A stretch of 64,000 nucleotides of DNA from positions 3,478,449 to 3,542,448 of the forward strand of contig NW_002060949.1 in the NCBI RefSeq assembly GCF_000150275.1, written 5' to 3'. The DNA comes from Trichoplax adhaerens (lineage: Eukaryota; Animalia; Placozoa). Below are positions 38,188 through 53,689 of the stretch, piece by piece. Both the position numbers and the translations under genes were made by a program. The first letter of the stretch is position 1, and each line of letters opens with the position of its first letter. Below the pieces are notes generated by a model. The model saw only the letters and a program-made list of their open reading frames with translations. It was not told the origin of the DNA and did not search any database.

Positions 38188-41182
38188 ATGGCCAACGATC
38201 AAAGACTTGCATCTCTTTTAGACCGTTTGGAATCGGTTACCAATCGGTTAGAAAAAATCCCAGGGAAAGGGGGCCAACCTGCTGACGATGAAGGTAGGAT
38301 ACGTTGATCAATAAATTGTAATAGCATGCAGTTTATCTTGCAAATTATGATAAATTTAGTATACTTACACGGTTATAAGAGTAGATTGTATAACATGGAC
38401 TAACATAACATACCCTGTCGTTATATACTTAGGAAATACGGAAATGGTTGAAGAATTGGATAAGGTATACTTTAATGTTTTCACGGTCTGTAAATGAATA
38501 TCAAACTTGAATTATGCTCCCACACAACTAACAGTTGAGGCATAATCCAATTGATTTAAAAATTTACTCTTTAATAGTATCTCGATAGATCATTTATGCC
38601 TATCTCAAGTTATTTAGCATATTATAGCAATGACTAAGGCAATTGCTATGAATAGACAACATATTGTCATAATGATGCTGACCATATACAGGACTTGGTT
38701 TAACAGTCGCCTTTTCGCACCATTAAATAGGCTCTTCAGAAAGAATTTGATACATACTATAACCTTTCAAATCAAATTGGTAATGATGTTGCAAAGCAGG
38801 TAGGTAATATGAGCTTGTATTCTAGTGAAAGTAAAGAAGTTACTCAACTAATCGATCGTCATCAAAGATTCAGTGTTAATAGATGATTCAGTATGATACT
38901 TCTTTCAATTAATATAAAGTGCCTTTACCGAAAATTCTTTACAGGCAGAATTAACCAAGAAAGCATACGAAGCTCATAGAGCTGTTGTTGTCACAGCATC
39001 AAAATGCAAGCTTCCTGAGGCGGTAAATTCGTTACTCAGTTAGGTAAAATATAGATCAGTTATAATCAATTTTGACAATATCCTTTTGTCGCGTAGGCTG
39101 CGTTACAGAATTTGCTTAAACCATTATCGAATGCAATCAGTGAAGTTCAAGTCAGTAACCTATTGTTTCCCATATTCCAATTACTATAAAGTATGGTACA
39201 GGTGTACTTCTTGTATGTGATATTTTGACCAACCATTCCAAATCTAGGCCTTTCGTGATAAGAATCGCGGTAGCAAGTTTTTCAATCATTTATCAGAAGT
39301 CTATGAATTTATCCTTTGTTTTGGATGGGTAACTGTAGTAAGTTGCAGTCTAATGTTATTATTATAGTCTCTTTAGTACCCATGACACATCCCATTTTAA
39401 ATTGCTTTGAAATTGAATCGCGCTAATAGAGTCCTAAACCAGCAAATTACGTCAAGACTAATTATGAATCAGCTCAATTTTACCTAAACAAAGTCTTGAA
39501 AGAATTTAAAACCAGGTTAGTGTAAAGAAATTTTTTTATCTCAGTGATTACTAGAAATTTGAAATATTGTAGGATGCTATGATCTACATGTATGAATGTA
39601 CTACATTTAAATTTCTAGTGACCCGCAACAAGCAGACTGGGCTAGGTCAATTGGACGTTTTATGAATGCTTTGATAGGATATATTAACGATTATAATGCA
39701 ATTGGACTTAATTGGAATGCTGAAGGCAAGGACGTTTCAGCTGTATCCGCAGGAGCTCCTGCTGCACCACCACCACCACCACCACCGGCGCCTGTAACGG
39801 CTGACCCACCAAAGAATAGCGGTAATGAACGTGCTGCTTTAATGTCCCAGTTAAATAAGGGTGCTGACGTTACGAAAGGTAAGTTGTGCGGTTACACGTA
39901 TGCATTTCTTCCGCTGTTTCAGCAGTCAATTATAAATATTTAGCGAACCCGGAAAGTTGGTATTTCTAAGTATTATTTAGTTCTCACTGTTACAGTATTC
40001 CAATTATGATATTGTATATATGATTATTAGGTTTAAAGAAAGTTACCAATGACATGAAGACACATAAAAATCCTGCTCTACGGGCATCAGGTGTAGTCTC
40101 TAGTACCTCTACGCCTGGCAAACCAGCTGTAAGTCCTAAGCCTGCTGCTACTAAACCTGTCGCTAAGAAGCCGCCAGTATTCCGTTTGGATGGAAAAAAA
40201 TGGATTGTGGTATGATCAGTTTTCCAGAACGTAGATTACCAAAGATTCTTGGATAATAATATTTTAAAAGTCGTGTTAGCTAATTTCAGCTATTTAACGG
40301 TCCTACGTATTTCTTAAGGAAAATCAAGAAGGGAATCAGGATCTTGTCATTTCTGACACCAATATGAGACAAAGTGTTTACATATACAAATGCAACAACT
40401 GCGTAATCCAAGTAAAAGGAAAAGTCAATTCTATTGCAATGGGTATCGTAATGCAAAATGTTGTTTTAGTACAGTACAATAAAGATATAGTATTATACTC
40501 TTAAATCTACAGTATTACCACTTATTACCTTTTGATACTAGTTTATGTAAGTCAAATCTATTTGTTTTTTCTTCAATTGTTTCTACGAAACGTTTGAAAA
40601 GATACGTGTAAGAAATCCGCAATTGTATTCGATCATGTCATTTCCGTTATGGATTTCGTTAACTGCCAAAGTGTGAAAGTGCAGGTTAGACCTAGCTCAG
40701 ACTATTGAGCGATTGCACAGTACAGTACGCTACGTATATCGTAGCAACACTCAGTCTGTTTTAGGACATACGAAGATATGCAAATTTGTTTTCCTACAAG
40801 CATAATCTCATCGTCAGATATCTTTAAGATAACAGGTGTCTCTGATAATCTATAGGTAAACGGTGCTGTTCCAACGATATCTATTGGTAATACTGATGGC
40901 ATCCAGGTTTATCTTAGTAAGGAAGCAATGCAAACTACTATAATCTCTTCAAAATCATCAGAAATGAACATCTCAACTCCAACAGGGAATGATGGCGATA
41001 TGGTAACGTTCATGCTTGACTTTGAACTATAGCATATAAAGATATAATATCTACTTCAGCATCGTAATACTCTCCTATTATTAATTTATTAGGTTGAAAA
41101 TGCAGTCCCAGAGCAATTTACGACCGTATGGGATGACAAGAAGAAATGCTTCGATACCTATGCATCTGAAATAACTGCGTAA
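38188..41182 (+). CDS. CAP1: Adenylyl cyclase-associated protein (CAP/Srv2); exons 38188-38293, 38433-38464, 38731-38799, 38945-39022, 39097-39150, 39248-39337, 39430-39515, 39619-39878, 40031-40209, 40319-40442, 40602-40684, 40856-41002, 41093-41182
   Basis: RLE motifs ([13 protein letters not shown]), [11 protein letters not shown], a polyproline run, WH2-like [18 protein letters not shown], and a CARP domain ([20 protein letters not shown]). All 13 exons are phase-consistent. Confidence 0.96.
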
Positions 41183-44100
41183 ATACGATAACGTTAATAT
41201 AGTAATATTGTCTTTATCTCATTATAAAGTGAGCATAAGTAAACATGACTAAAATGATTGTCTTAGCAAGTACCGATATTCGTATAACATGTCTTCACGA
41301 AAATTGATTTACTAGCCTTTAAGTATCAATGTTAAGTGATAGATATAAGGTAAAATTGAATGTTTTTGCCAAACAATAAAAAGATGATTTGATTTCTACT
41401 CTATGGAAAAATTGGATTCTTGAAATATGTAACTTAGTGCTCACTTCAGTAAATACGTTGACTTACTCTTATAAAGCTTTTTCTCACTTACTCGTACATA
41501 ATGTCTACGATATGGACACTTGTTAATTTTAAAAGTTAGTCAGATATAATTTCCGGGTACTGCATATCAGTATTAGATCAAGTTTCAACCTCGTAGAATG
41601 TATAAGATAAGCGGTATTTCTATTGGTGTCTCTAGCCAGTTTCTACTGCGCGATAAACCCTAAAATCGAAGTTGAATGAAGTGTAAAATTTTATGAAGTT
41701 CCGAAATGTAAATATCATCTGTTATTAATTCGTCAATTTAGCTTGTAATAAGCCTACAGGCGTACAAGTATTATTCATTCATCGCTGTAATGTAAATCGA
41801 TAAAGTATGAATTACCATTCAGTGCGGCAGGGGTGATAATGCTAAGAATTCTACATCTTACCCTAAACTGTTAAACGAATGTCCCACTAAGAAGTAGCGA
41901 GAAAATACTCATAATGCCGTTCTAGAGGCTACCAGTAAAGTATGATGAATTTAAGTTTCCCTTTAAACTTTACGTGCTATGAAACTATCAGGAAAACAGA
42001 TTAATATGATTATCGATCTAGAAAATTTTAATTTCACTTTAGCATTGAAAGATGTAGTCTTTGTCCAGAAGTGCACTAGGATGCATGTTACAATGAATTA
42101 TTACGAGTGCTTACAGTTAATGTATTTTAGATATCATCAACTGTAATTAGTGATATTTGAGGAAGGGATCAAACGTATAAGTATAATTATCAAGAATCCT
42201 AACAAATCTCAAGGAGCCGATCAAAAAGATCTTATGGTAAATTTTTTATTACGTAATTATTAAGATTTAGATGCTATAAACCTATGCAATTGGATAAATC
42301 AACAATAATTCGATTACATATTAGCTGTAACCCTAAATGAAAAATTTCTATGTAATAACTCCTAACCGTAGCGATAATAGAGTAGAATTTATACGTATAA
42401 TTTCTAAGGTATTTGCAAATATCATCTCTGAAAAGATACGGTAAATGCATAATCGTATATTACTTAAAAATATCAATTAAAGAACTTGCTCCCGTATAAA
42501 CTCGGATGGAATCATTCGTTTGATATCCATGAGTCAAAGAAAACTATTTATTTGTAGAGTAACTAAAATAACAAATTGCTGTAATAAAATATGCCGAAGG
42601 TATCTGAAGCGTGAGAATATGATAAGCTAAGTTGTAGTTTGTTTACTAATTAATTAAAGTATGATTTTTCTAAATTTAGAAAACATAAGCAAGAACTCAT
42701 ACGATGTCACTTTCAGCCGAAAAATTTAAATTGCTGTTAAATTATTTGATCGGTTAGGTATAATAAATTGAAATATTTTAAAAATCCTTCATCTTCAACT
42801 AGGAAGTTTGTGTCAATATTCAATATTTAGTTACTTACCGTAAATAACTATAACTATAATATAAACTATAAAGCGTTGAGAAAATTTTAAGAAAAATTAC
42901 CTGTAGATTGTTGTAAATATCTATATCCTAAATGGTAACACGAGCTACACTTGTTAAATGCGGTAATGGGAAAGGATTTATGTCTCACTTTTCTCTTCCC
43001 TGACACTAAAAGTTAATATAAATTGTTTATGAAAAATATGATATCCTTTCCGAACTGATTCATTTCCAAAGCTGAAACTTTTAAAGCATAAAAAATGCGG
43101 GAACTCCATACGATAGTAGATATATTGCTGATAAGTATTTATTGGCAGCAATTTTCTATTTTTGAAGCCGATATCCTTGTATATATAAAAGTTATAGTAG
43201 CAGCAAGCTAAAGTATCCTGTAAAAATGAAGGATCTAATTAAATATTATATGCAAGGAAATATTAAGTGATTTATGTGTATCAATAAAGTCCATGTGTAT
43301 ATTTCATATTATTCAATTCTAATTGTAACAAGTGGCTACAGCCAATTCTATAGGTAAAACAATGATCGATGGAACGCGTTAAAAAGATGGAGAAACCCAC
43401 AATTCTACAAGACGTCAAAGTTCAATAAGTTGTTCATTTTACCAATTAAGAACTTGAACGTAATGCTACAACGTCTATTTTGAAATAAATTTACTAATAT
43501 AGTGTTTACTAAATCTTACTGTAGTACTCAATTTCGAACACAGCTTTTAATATATTATTAATGATGTTAGATCTCACAATAATGCTTTTTCATGTCAATT
43601 CTAAAACATTACGAGCAATGTGAACTCTAAACTCAGGATCTATTTTCCCACTGAGTAGAGTAGCTTATAAACAATTTCCTGCAGTATTACAATAAATGCA
43701 GCATTTTTTCCTTTCAATCGATATTATCTACAATTTTTTATACCAGTATTATGCATAATTGTTTATCCTAAAGGAAAATCATCATTTAGTGTAGATATTT
43801 ATTGATATAAAATTTCAATGAAATAGCATTCATAAACTACGTGTGTTTATGCCTTCAGTAATAGCCAGTCTACCTGAATATTTACGTCATCAGCCAAGCA
43901 TGAAACCTTTTCCTAATGACAATAAAATCGTTCTACCAGACAGCTATTGTACAACTGAATAAATAGAAAAATTTTCTATATCATGCGTAATTTAAGCTAC
44001 ATTATTTGTTCTAGCGTTACTATATTCTATTATTTATCACTTCTAGAAAGCTATGCATGAATTAAATCATTCAATCTGCAGTATTGACATTACCCCAGCA

Positions 44101-47100
44101 CCAACTGCAAAAATTAACAAATAAAAATAGGAAAGATTTGTTTATTTTAGAGGACCTTTAAATGTCACAGCTACGATTTGCTTATGCTGATTTATTGTTA
44201 CGTGCATTTATTTTTTAAATTACTCCTATTATGTCCAAATGTCTGTGTTTGCCCATCATCAAGACTAAACTTTATTCTTTATGAACTGATATGGCTGTCA
44301 ATCATATTAGCCATCTTTATAATTTAACCATTATAATTTAACGGTGTTAGCAAGAACGATTTACTTATAGATGTCTATACATTTTACTGTTATTTTAAGG
44401 AAATGATAACGTTACCTAATCAAATGGATTTATGATTAGATATTTCTTCTATAGAAGTCACAATAAATAAAACTATAAGTAACGTTTGTTCGTATGTCAT
44501 TCTATCACGGATTAGGAAATGTTGTATTTAATTGTCACTTCAGCCCGTTTGCAGCTGTAATTATAACTATAATGCTGCACGATAATCAATAGCCTCTATT
44601 TTAGCTATTAAGCGTATATCGTGGAATAGATAACCGACTCCTTTTGTAAAAGTTCACTCTTAGCAGTTGTGAATTATATATGATTATCATAGTTTGGTCT
44701 CTATAATATTAGATCTTAGATATAAAACTGTTATCTTGTTGATATTGCGAATGAGTTTGGTTCTTTATGTAGTTAACAATATGTTGACCTGATCCCAATA
44801 ATATATTGATCCTGGGATGGAAAATGATACGTCATTGCGAGGGCTGCAAGTTTTAGCCCTTTACATCCCATTACAATAAAATCATCTGATTTATCTAAGC
44901 CTGTTCTTTACAGTAAAAGCAACTGTTTAATTTATTATTATCTATTTGCAGTATTATATCATATATTAGCATTATAACCTACAGATAATTCAAGTCTTAC
45001 CATCACCTATGGTAAAGTATGTCCATGTAATGATTAAGAACAGATATCTCTTTTATAGAGATACCTCAATTAATGTTAATAATAAAAGCTTTCCACTCTT
45101 AATTTCTACTTTTAAAATATTATGAAATATAGAAAATATTAATTATAACAATGTTTTCGTTGTATCGATTCCTTTCAATATTAGTCCATAGTCATATGCA
45201 GCTGGTTCTGAAATTATGGCACAAGCTATAAATACCGTAATTTTCTTTTATTACCTACTAAGTAGCAGATACTAATTTTATTGATTGTTTAGAAGATAAG
45301 ATTTTATCAATACTTAGTTTAAGTAGTGCCTTTTTCTATGCTAAAATTAGAACGCCCTAAATGTAATTAATTGATTACACAAATTCATTCACCCTAGTGC
45401 TCTATCTCATAATACATACCTTATAATTATACACGCACCATACAGGCATTTTTAATGTTAGGATAATAAGTATGATCAAGACATTTGCATATTTAAGACT
45501 AATAACGATATCATACAACAAGGAGATTGCTTTATTAGCATGCAAGATTAATTAGCAGTGGTGATGTATGATAATTTCAGAGTAATTTATTATTCTAGTT
45601 ACGATCAACATTAGTCGTTCCATGCAAATTTATGAGATTAAGAATGAATTCAGGATATTACCGCGATATATAAATTTATGAGTCATTTTTAACCTTATGT
45701 AGCAACAAATCATTCCTCTGTTATTTTCATCCATTTTATCATTTTATTTGTAGCCTGTTTGATTTATTTATTTCCATTCAATATTTTTTAAATCCTTTTT
45801 ATCAGTATAGTAAAATTAGAATTTAAGGAGTAATCGCTGGTGTAGATGATAATAAAGTATTGCGGTTGTTGTTATCATTGATGTTATTAGTTTATCTATC
45901 ATCTATTTGATGTATTAATCTTTTTAAAACATTTTTTAAATCTTTTCTATCTTCATCATCACTATAATAAATTGAACTTTAAGGTTACATTCGTCGTAGG
46001 TATATTTGATAGTAAAAATATTTGGATTGTTGTCCTCCATTTATCAACATGTCTATGACCTGTTTGACTTATCCAATTCCTCTTAATATTCCTTCATCAT
46101 CACAATAATTGTTGATTGGATCATTTAAAATAGAGTAGAATAGATTTCGTCACATTTTCCAGTAAACTGACATCGCCCACACTTCCATTTATTCACGTGG
46201 ATTCCATTTTACTCGTTATTAGTGTGTTCCTGTTTAAATATAGAATGGCGAGAGAGGAAAACAACTAATGCAATCAATTTATTGGCGTAGCAATCCTTAT
46301 ACGATGATGGTTATTTTTTTCGACATAGAACTGCTTTGATAGACTAACACTATGATCATTAGTCATCAGCGTTAGAGGGATAATATTGCTATGGTTCGTG
46401 CTTTTCTCAATCTTATACTGGGTATTTAAAGGGAATACAAAGGGTTATCATGAATTTATTTACATCGTAATGTTGACATCCTTTTTATCTAGTCAACTTT
46501 TAAATATTACATGAGTTTGGATCATTTTTTCCCTTTGCTCGTTAGCGTAATGACTAAAAAAGCAAATATTGAACGTCTGCTGTCTTATCAAAAGTATTCA
46601 TGAAATGCAAAGATTATAATTCATCTCGCCCACGACTCTTTATCCTGCCCATATGTTATATAATGGAAGAAAAAACCCATTTAACAAATGCTTTATCCCT
46701 TTTATGCAGATTATTGACGGTGTATAGAATAAAATGTGCAATATTTTGGATAGATAACCGAACATCAACATTTAAAGGTGATTTCTGTTGTGATATGAGT
46801 GCTATGCTGGATAATTTCAGCTGTGATATTATAATAGTATTAAAGATAACTTTTAAGTTTTTAAGCCATGGCACGTTAATCTATGCTACAACCATGAAGA
46901 ATTTTATCTATAGGAATAAATATAATTAGGTTTAAATTAGTTTTATAATTAAGAAAGGGTAAGAAATATGAATTGAATGTTTGATAGCAGGCAGTGCAAT
47001 TACGAAGAAGAATAGTAACAGATAGTCCTTGGAGGTGTTATTTACAGTTGTTTAACTTTTAAGATGAATGTTGATAGGTATTTTACATATTACTTATGTG

Positions 47101-50100
47101 AGGTTGTTACAACAATTAACTTTAAAGACTTTGTATGTTATAGCTTTACAACACCTGAATTACAATAATTTTGGGAAAGATTACTTTGATCTCAATCGTA
47201 GTTTACATAAAAGTTGGGTGGTTAATCCAATGAAGGAGGGTAAGGAATAGCATTCTTCATCCTTAAAGTGTCAGCGAAAGCGTCGTCAGTGGTTTAAAGC
47301 AATCTAGAATTAATGCCTGGATAAAATGAATAATGTCAAGTTAAATTTTCCATATCAGCGTCTATCTATAGCCGCTCATGGATAATTACGTTATCGAGTA
47401 TTAGAGATAGATTTATTATATTGATATAACTAAAAGTATATACGTGATTAATTTTGATTCTACTTCCATGTGAGAGAGTTGACTAAGTTTCTGTACTGAT
47501 CAAGGATTAACATACAATATTATGCATGAATGAGAGTGAAAAGGGGGAGGAGAGCCTGGAGAGGTGAAATTAAGAATCATGTTTCTTCTTCAATTCATCG
47601 ATAATATGATTAGAACTAATATATTTATTTTATAGTCGGTAGACCTTTATATTAGGTTCTAATACCATTAATTTTTTCTCTATCTGGATAAAATGATTCC
47701 TAGCATACTTTATCATTTACAGGATAATTGAGAGGAACTTGAAGAGATCTAAAGGACCGCAAGATAACAAAATAATGGTGTGATTTAGCTATGATCTACT
47801 TAAGACTAAAAAGTATGCCGTAATAAAATTTTATCTATTCTAGCAAAGGTCGATAATTATAATTATCAACGACGTAAGATCGAATTTATGCTATGGAATT
47901 ACTTGGTTGAAATCATCATACGCAATGAGAGGCAGTATTAACCTTAATGCCAAGGAAATAGCTGAATAAATATATAGTGTTTTGCTTTACGGTATTAAGC
48001 AGGTAGTAGTACTGTACTTTAATATTTGCTACTGCAACCCATAACATCATCCTCCATGATAGAGGTAAATTTCATAGATGATTGAGATTGCCTAGTCGTA
48101 AGAGTAGCATTTTAAGCTACTTAGAAATCTAGTTAACTCTTTGGTGAGTAAAAGATTACGAAGCTGGTCTAAGTTTGCTTCTACAAAGGTAGTAATGAAG
48201 GCAATTTGTCGATCCATAAATTGGATAGTGACAGGATAGGAAATATAGTTTACGAATTATCTTAAATGAGACATGGATGAACCATTTGGAAATGGATTAA
48301 TTCTATGATAGGAGAATATTGACATAAAATAATTTAAGCACTGCGGCCTGGATAGAATCTTAATTCTTAGAATGAGCAGTCTCGATAGTAAATAGTATCA
48401 ATCGTCTCAAGCCAGACAGAGTTGAGCTATTGGGAAAATGAACTGATTCTATGATAGGAGAATATTTAGATAGATAATTAAACTACCTGCAGCCCAGATC
48501 GAATTTAAATTCTTTAAACTAACAGTTTCACAAATATATATACACGTACATAATAGAAGGTTTCAATTAGGTTGATTAGGATTAGTTTATATTCGCATTT
48601 AGTACATCTCGTCCTGTATAATTTTGCGAATACAGTTTAGATAATCAATTGTGCAGGAATATATGAAAATTTGAAAAATACGATGGGGATTGAATAGTAC
48701 TAATATGTTCTTCGTATATTTTCTGAAATTGTAGTCTAGAGAGTCAAATCGCCAATTATCCAAGGGATATCTTACGATCGAAATTGATCATAATCGTCTT
48801 ATGTACCTGGTACCGTATACGGTCAGTTTCTAGATTTTGGAATTACACTCTAGAGAATCTATTAGGTAATGCTTCAAAACTACTTTCCGAAAGATAATTG
48901 CGACAACTTTGCGGTCATTCGCTTGGAAATAGCTGTTGATAGGAATTAAAATCATCGCCTTCTATAAAAGTTCTCCTTAATTTTTGAAAAAGCGGTTGCT
49001 AGAGCTGATCAATTGATTGTTGTATGGAGCAACAGGTGGCTTATATCAATTGCTCTTATGTAGTAGGCAGCATCTGTATTTGTGGATAAATACTAGGAAA
49101 ATTGCTTACATCATCAATCTTCTAATATATATGAAGGGAATTATCTTCATTTTGGGGGAGGGGAGTAATATTAGTCTAGATAGTGTCAGTATGCTCATTT
49201 TATAAGAAAATACAATCTTGATGACAGATCAATCCTGTGCATAACAGAAATAATTTCCACCCATCGTTTTATGTAATTCAGTATCTTAATCTTTGTAAGA
49301 AATCACAGTCGTGATGATCGATCGTCCCTAGACACGCGAGTATTACTTCTATCCCTCGTCTTATACGCCAAATGTTACTTTAGTTGCAAAAAATATCAAA
49401 ATTATACATCATCATTTTACGTAGAATATTACTTTTATCATCTTATGCACAGGGTAGTGTCTGAATTTTTGAGAAAATATTAGCCTTTAAATCCCGTTAT
49501 GCTCAATTAATCGTCATACATGATACAACCTATTTGTATCACCTTGTGCATAGGATAGCATCTTAATTTAATCATCATTTCTGGCCTCTACTTATTTCTA
49601 GGAATTAATTAGTGATTTAATCATCTTGCATAGAAAGTAGACTTTCATATTAAAGAAAATACCAGATTCTATGCCTGATTAATCATGCTGTGCATAGAGT
49701 TATATCTCCATGAATTGAGAAAAATATCTATCTTTCTACTTGATTATATCTATTTGCCATAGAGTGGAGTACATGATACCAAAGAATATCTACAGCTGGC
49801 TCAATCCTTTTTTTATAGAAAATAATAATCTCTTTACGGCTAAAGTAATCCACCATCATGCAAGGTGGTGCACCGCAGGATATTACTTGTCTAAATCAGC
49901 TGTGCATAGAAGAGAATTTTAATTGGAGGAATAGTTGATGATTGCAATGACTTTCAGCTCATTAATCTTTAATCGTCTTATATATTGATAGCAATTGAAA
50001 TATTTTAGCCTCAAATGAGGGGGAGGCAATTTTTCAACTTCATCATAATCTTTCAGTTGTCTGGCCAAAATTGGATGCTTACTATGTTGGTATTTAATTG

Positions 50101-53100
50101 CTTTGTTTTATTAAATAAATACTTGATTAATTTAATATTTCCAACTAAAGTTAACATGTCAATCAAATTATAGAATATCCATTTGGTATTCATTTGCACA
50201 GTCATCTAGTCTTTACTATGCAATATTAATGAGGCAAGGAGAGAAAAATAAATGAGTACTAGGTATTTAGCATCTTTTCCATGGTGCTAACTGTAGCCTC
50301 TTTTTGGCCAAGCTGTTAATGAATGGCTTAGTTTAGCAATCAACATGTTGTATGACAGTATGAATGGCTGCATGCAGTTCTATTCCAGCTTTTCGTTCAC
50401 TCTCTCTCTCTCTCTTGCCGTATTTGGCGATTACTTGTTGTTATTCTTTTGCTACAGTATGTTCTAATGCGTATTTTGATCCATAGGCTACGAGTCTGTA
50501 GCAAAATAATAAATATAAGTTATGTCTACAATCTTTCAATATTGTGTACGCATGATTGGAATAAAATAGTTGAGGAATCGATGGTAAACAACTTCTTTTA
50601 TGTAATATGTAGATGGGCGATTGCCAGATCGATTTACTCTGTTCATGCAAATATAGTCTATCGCCACTGGCGGACAGTAAGCAATGCAAGACGAAAATAG
50701 TTGAGAGATGATTGAATTGATTTGTAAGCTCATTATTGTGCAATCGATAATCAATTGAATTCTTCCCTTTTCTCTGTCTCTTTCTACATCTTGACTTGAT
50801 TGTACATCGATTTCACCATTTCCCCACCCCTTTCTCTAAGTAGAAGAGAAAAAAAATTGAAGCAAACAGTTAATTGATTATATAGCAACATAGTGTCAAG
50901 TGGTTGGAGAGGAAAAGATATTCTAGTAGAAAGGGAGGGAAAATTGACGATAAATGCTCATTCAGTAAAATTTAGCCTAAAACATGCCTGTTGATTCGAT
51001 CATAGCGTGGATTGAAATGGGTCATACTAAGAATCAAGGCAGACAGCCAATAGATGGATTATGTATTCAAGAAAAGTCCATCATGGCTAAAATATCATTA
51101 GCGCAAATATTGGGTGGTGGCAAATGAAAATTGTCACTTTAATTACATAGGGAGGGGGCAAGAAGAAAAATTAATAATAGCCAACCATTCTCTCCTTGTC
51201 TGCTCCTTCTATTTAAGCTAGCCAATATGCTACAGTATATTGTCTACAAGGTTCTGGCCTTGTTCGAGCACTAATATGTAGCTTAATGCTACTCTTTCAC
51301 GCCATCAATATTATTTTAATGATGATTGATTATGCATTGCATTCTCGTGCACAGTCATGCTGTCGATGATGTGTACACAGTCGACATAGTTTATTGGATT
51401 CCTTGAGACTTTTGAAATACTGTGCCTATTCTATTGCAGGGATTATTATTCATTTTCAACTGTCATCATTGGTATGATTGATGAAAAAGAATAAAAGAGC
51501 CTACAAATTCAAAGTATTGTTCAAAAGTCTATACATAGCAGCACATGTTAATTTAGGGTAAGTTCTTCCGTGGCTTGCATCCAATTTTAAATTACCTAGT
51601 CACTCTGGTCCAATTTCCATTTGCTTACTTCGCTTTAGTTTGGCTCAGTTTTTCATTTTTTTCGCATTACCAAAAAGCAATTACTACAGCTAGAAATTGA
51701 CGATCAATTTAGGTAATCATGATTGTAATTAGTGCATAACCATTGCCATTTTGCATGTTTTAAGAGATCATTTCCTCCATGAAATGATCATTGTTTTGTC
51801 CTTTTTACGCCATCAGTAGTAGCGACCATTTTTCTACACAAGTTGTCTTATGTTGGATTGACGTACGCATAACGAAATTTTTTAATGCAGACATAATTTA
51901 CAGTTTAAAAATTGAAAGATGGTGCAGGTGATAAAAAAAGTAGAGCTTAGTTCGTTATTTGTTGGCTGGTAGAGAATTTGAATTGTTGTTCTATCCAGTT
52001 GTCAAATTCATCTTTCATCCTTGATCTGTTTCGCTTTTACTTTTTTATGTTGTTATTGCATTGCTTGATTGCTAAGCTGGACCAATGTTAATTTTGGATG
52101 GACTATTTTTCTTGATTCTGTTTAGGTATTGCAACGATCATTGGCCATCTAATTGAAGTAGAATTCTATTAATCTTACCCATCCAATTGATAACAAGTTA
52201 AACAATTTCAGGTAAGATAGGTCCATGAACTTTTTCAAGGGGTTTTTGGAAAATTAATCACTGTACAAGATAGCATCGGTCATTTCCCATCGCTCCAATA
52301 ATAATAACAGAGTAATCTTCATTTTTGCGTCATGACGCTATGCCATGAATAATACCTGGAAAGAGTGCATAAGTTGGTTTGACAGGGATCCCAAAAAATG
52401 GAAAATGAATTACGCAATTTTCTTTTTTCCTTTCTATTTGCTTGGCCAATTAATTACAGATGGAAAGAGAAATTTTTTTTGATTTTTTTTTTTCATGCTG
52501 TTCACTTCAAATCGATGAAAACTTATTATGGGAATTAGTCTGGGGTCCAATATATTGAACTCTTAAGCACACATTACGCTTATGTCGATGGAGAACTATT
52601 TTCTACAGTAATGAATGACCTTTCAGTCAACTGTATTGGCTATTCGATTCAGGATTTGTCGTAATTACTTTGCTCTTTGCCTCTAATTTTAAAAATTATA
52701 ATTATTGATATCGGTATGATTAATCTCGTCGATTTAAAGTCGATGGGTGCTCTATTTTTTTAATTTTATTTTTCCTTATGGAAGGCTAATGGTACTCCTA
52801 GCAATTAAGTACATTCTACACTATCTTGACTTTTTTCCACCTCATTTGCGTTACGATTAATCTTGTCCGTTTTGAAACCACGTAAGCCGGCAATTAGACT
52901 GTAGCCATTCTTCCTCCATATGTGGTAGTAGGATAATTACATCGATCAGGGAAATGCATTACCCCCATCTATAAAATCTAATTAATGACGGTGTCCACTT
53001 TGGGCGTTTTTAGAAATTTCGTCTAATTACTTTTCGGTTAAAAGATCAGAAGAATAGGTATCTGAATCAAAAAAGGATTTGTTATACTATTACCATAGTA

Positions 53101-53213
53101 GCCAATTGCATGAAATAGTCTAGCTTTCCGTGTTGGCTATATAGGAAAATAGCATCGTATACTTAAGTGTAAAATACTTGTCATTCTATCATATATTGCA
53201 TATGTCTCGTAGA

Positions 53214-53424
53214 ATAGCATACCACTTTATCTAGTAAGCTTTCATAATTTAAGCTAGGATAATTGCATTTTAGACCTATCCATAGATCATCTTCTAGGAA
53301 TGGAGGGGGCTGAATGATAGCATACCACTTTATCTAGTAAGCTTTCACGATTTAAGCTAGGATAATTGCATTGCAGATCTATGCATAGATCATCTTCTAG
53401 GAATGGAGGGGGCCGAATGATAGT
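53214..53424. repeat. Tandem duplication, 2 x 103 bp
   Basis: atagcataccactttatctagtaagctttc...ggaatggagggggc at 53214 and 53317, with few mismatches. Confidence 0.9.
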
Positions 53425-53689
53425 ATGATGGAATGGTACCGTTAAGTATTGTATCGCTATATATTAGACCTATCGATTTTAAACCCATGTCGTTGGTGAG
53501 TAATCTTTTCCTGAGAGGGGGAGGGAGTAAATATCATAGGATTTCATCGTTAATTAGAGTTATAACTTCTATATAGTTTCTGTTCATCATATTCGGTAGT
53601 AATATGGGATCACAATGCGTTATAAGATTATCCCGTTAAATATTTGTCAAATCGCCTACTTGACCGATCGGTGCAAATTTGCAGTAAGA

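Noticed and set aside
45700-46929. Possible decayed gene and 109-aa/72-aa ORFs
   Set aside because: Frames are interrupted by stops and show no recognisable motif; only weak internal repeats are seen.
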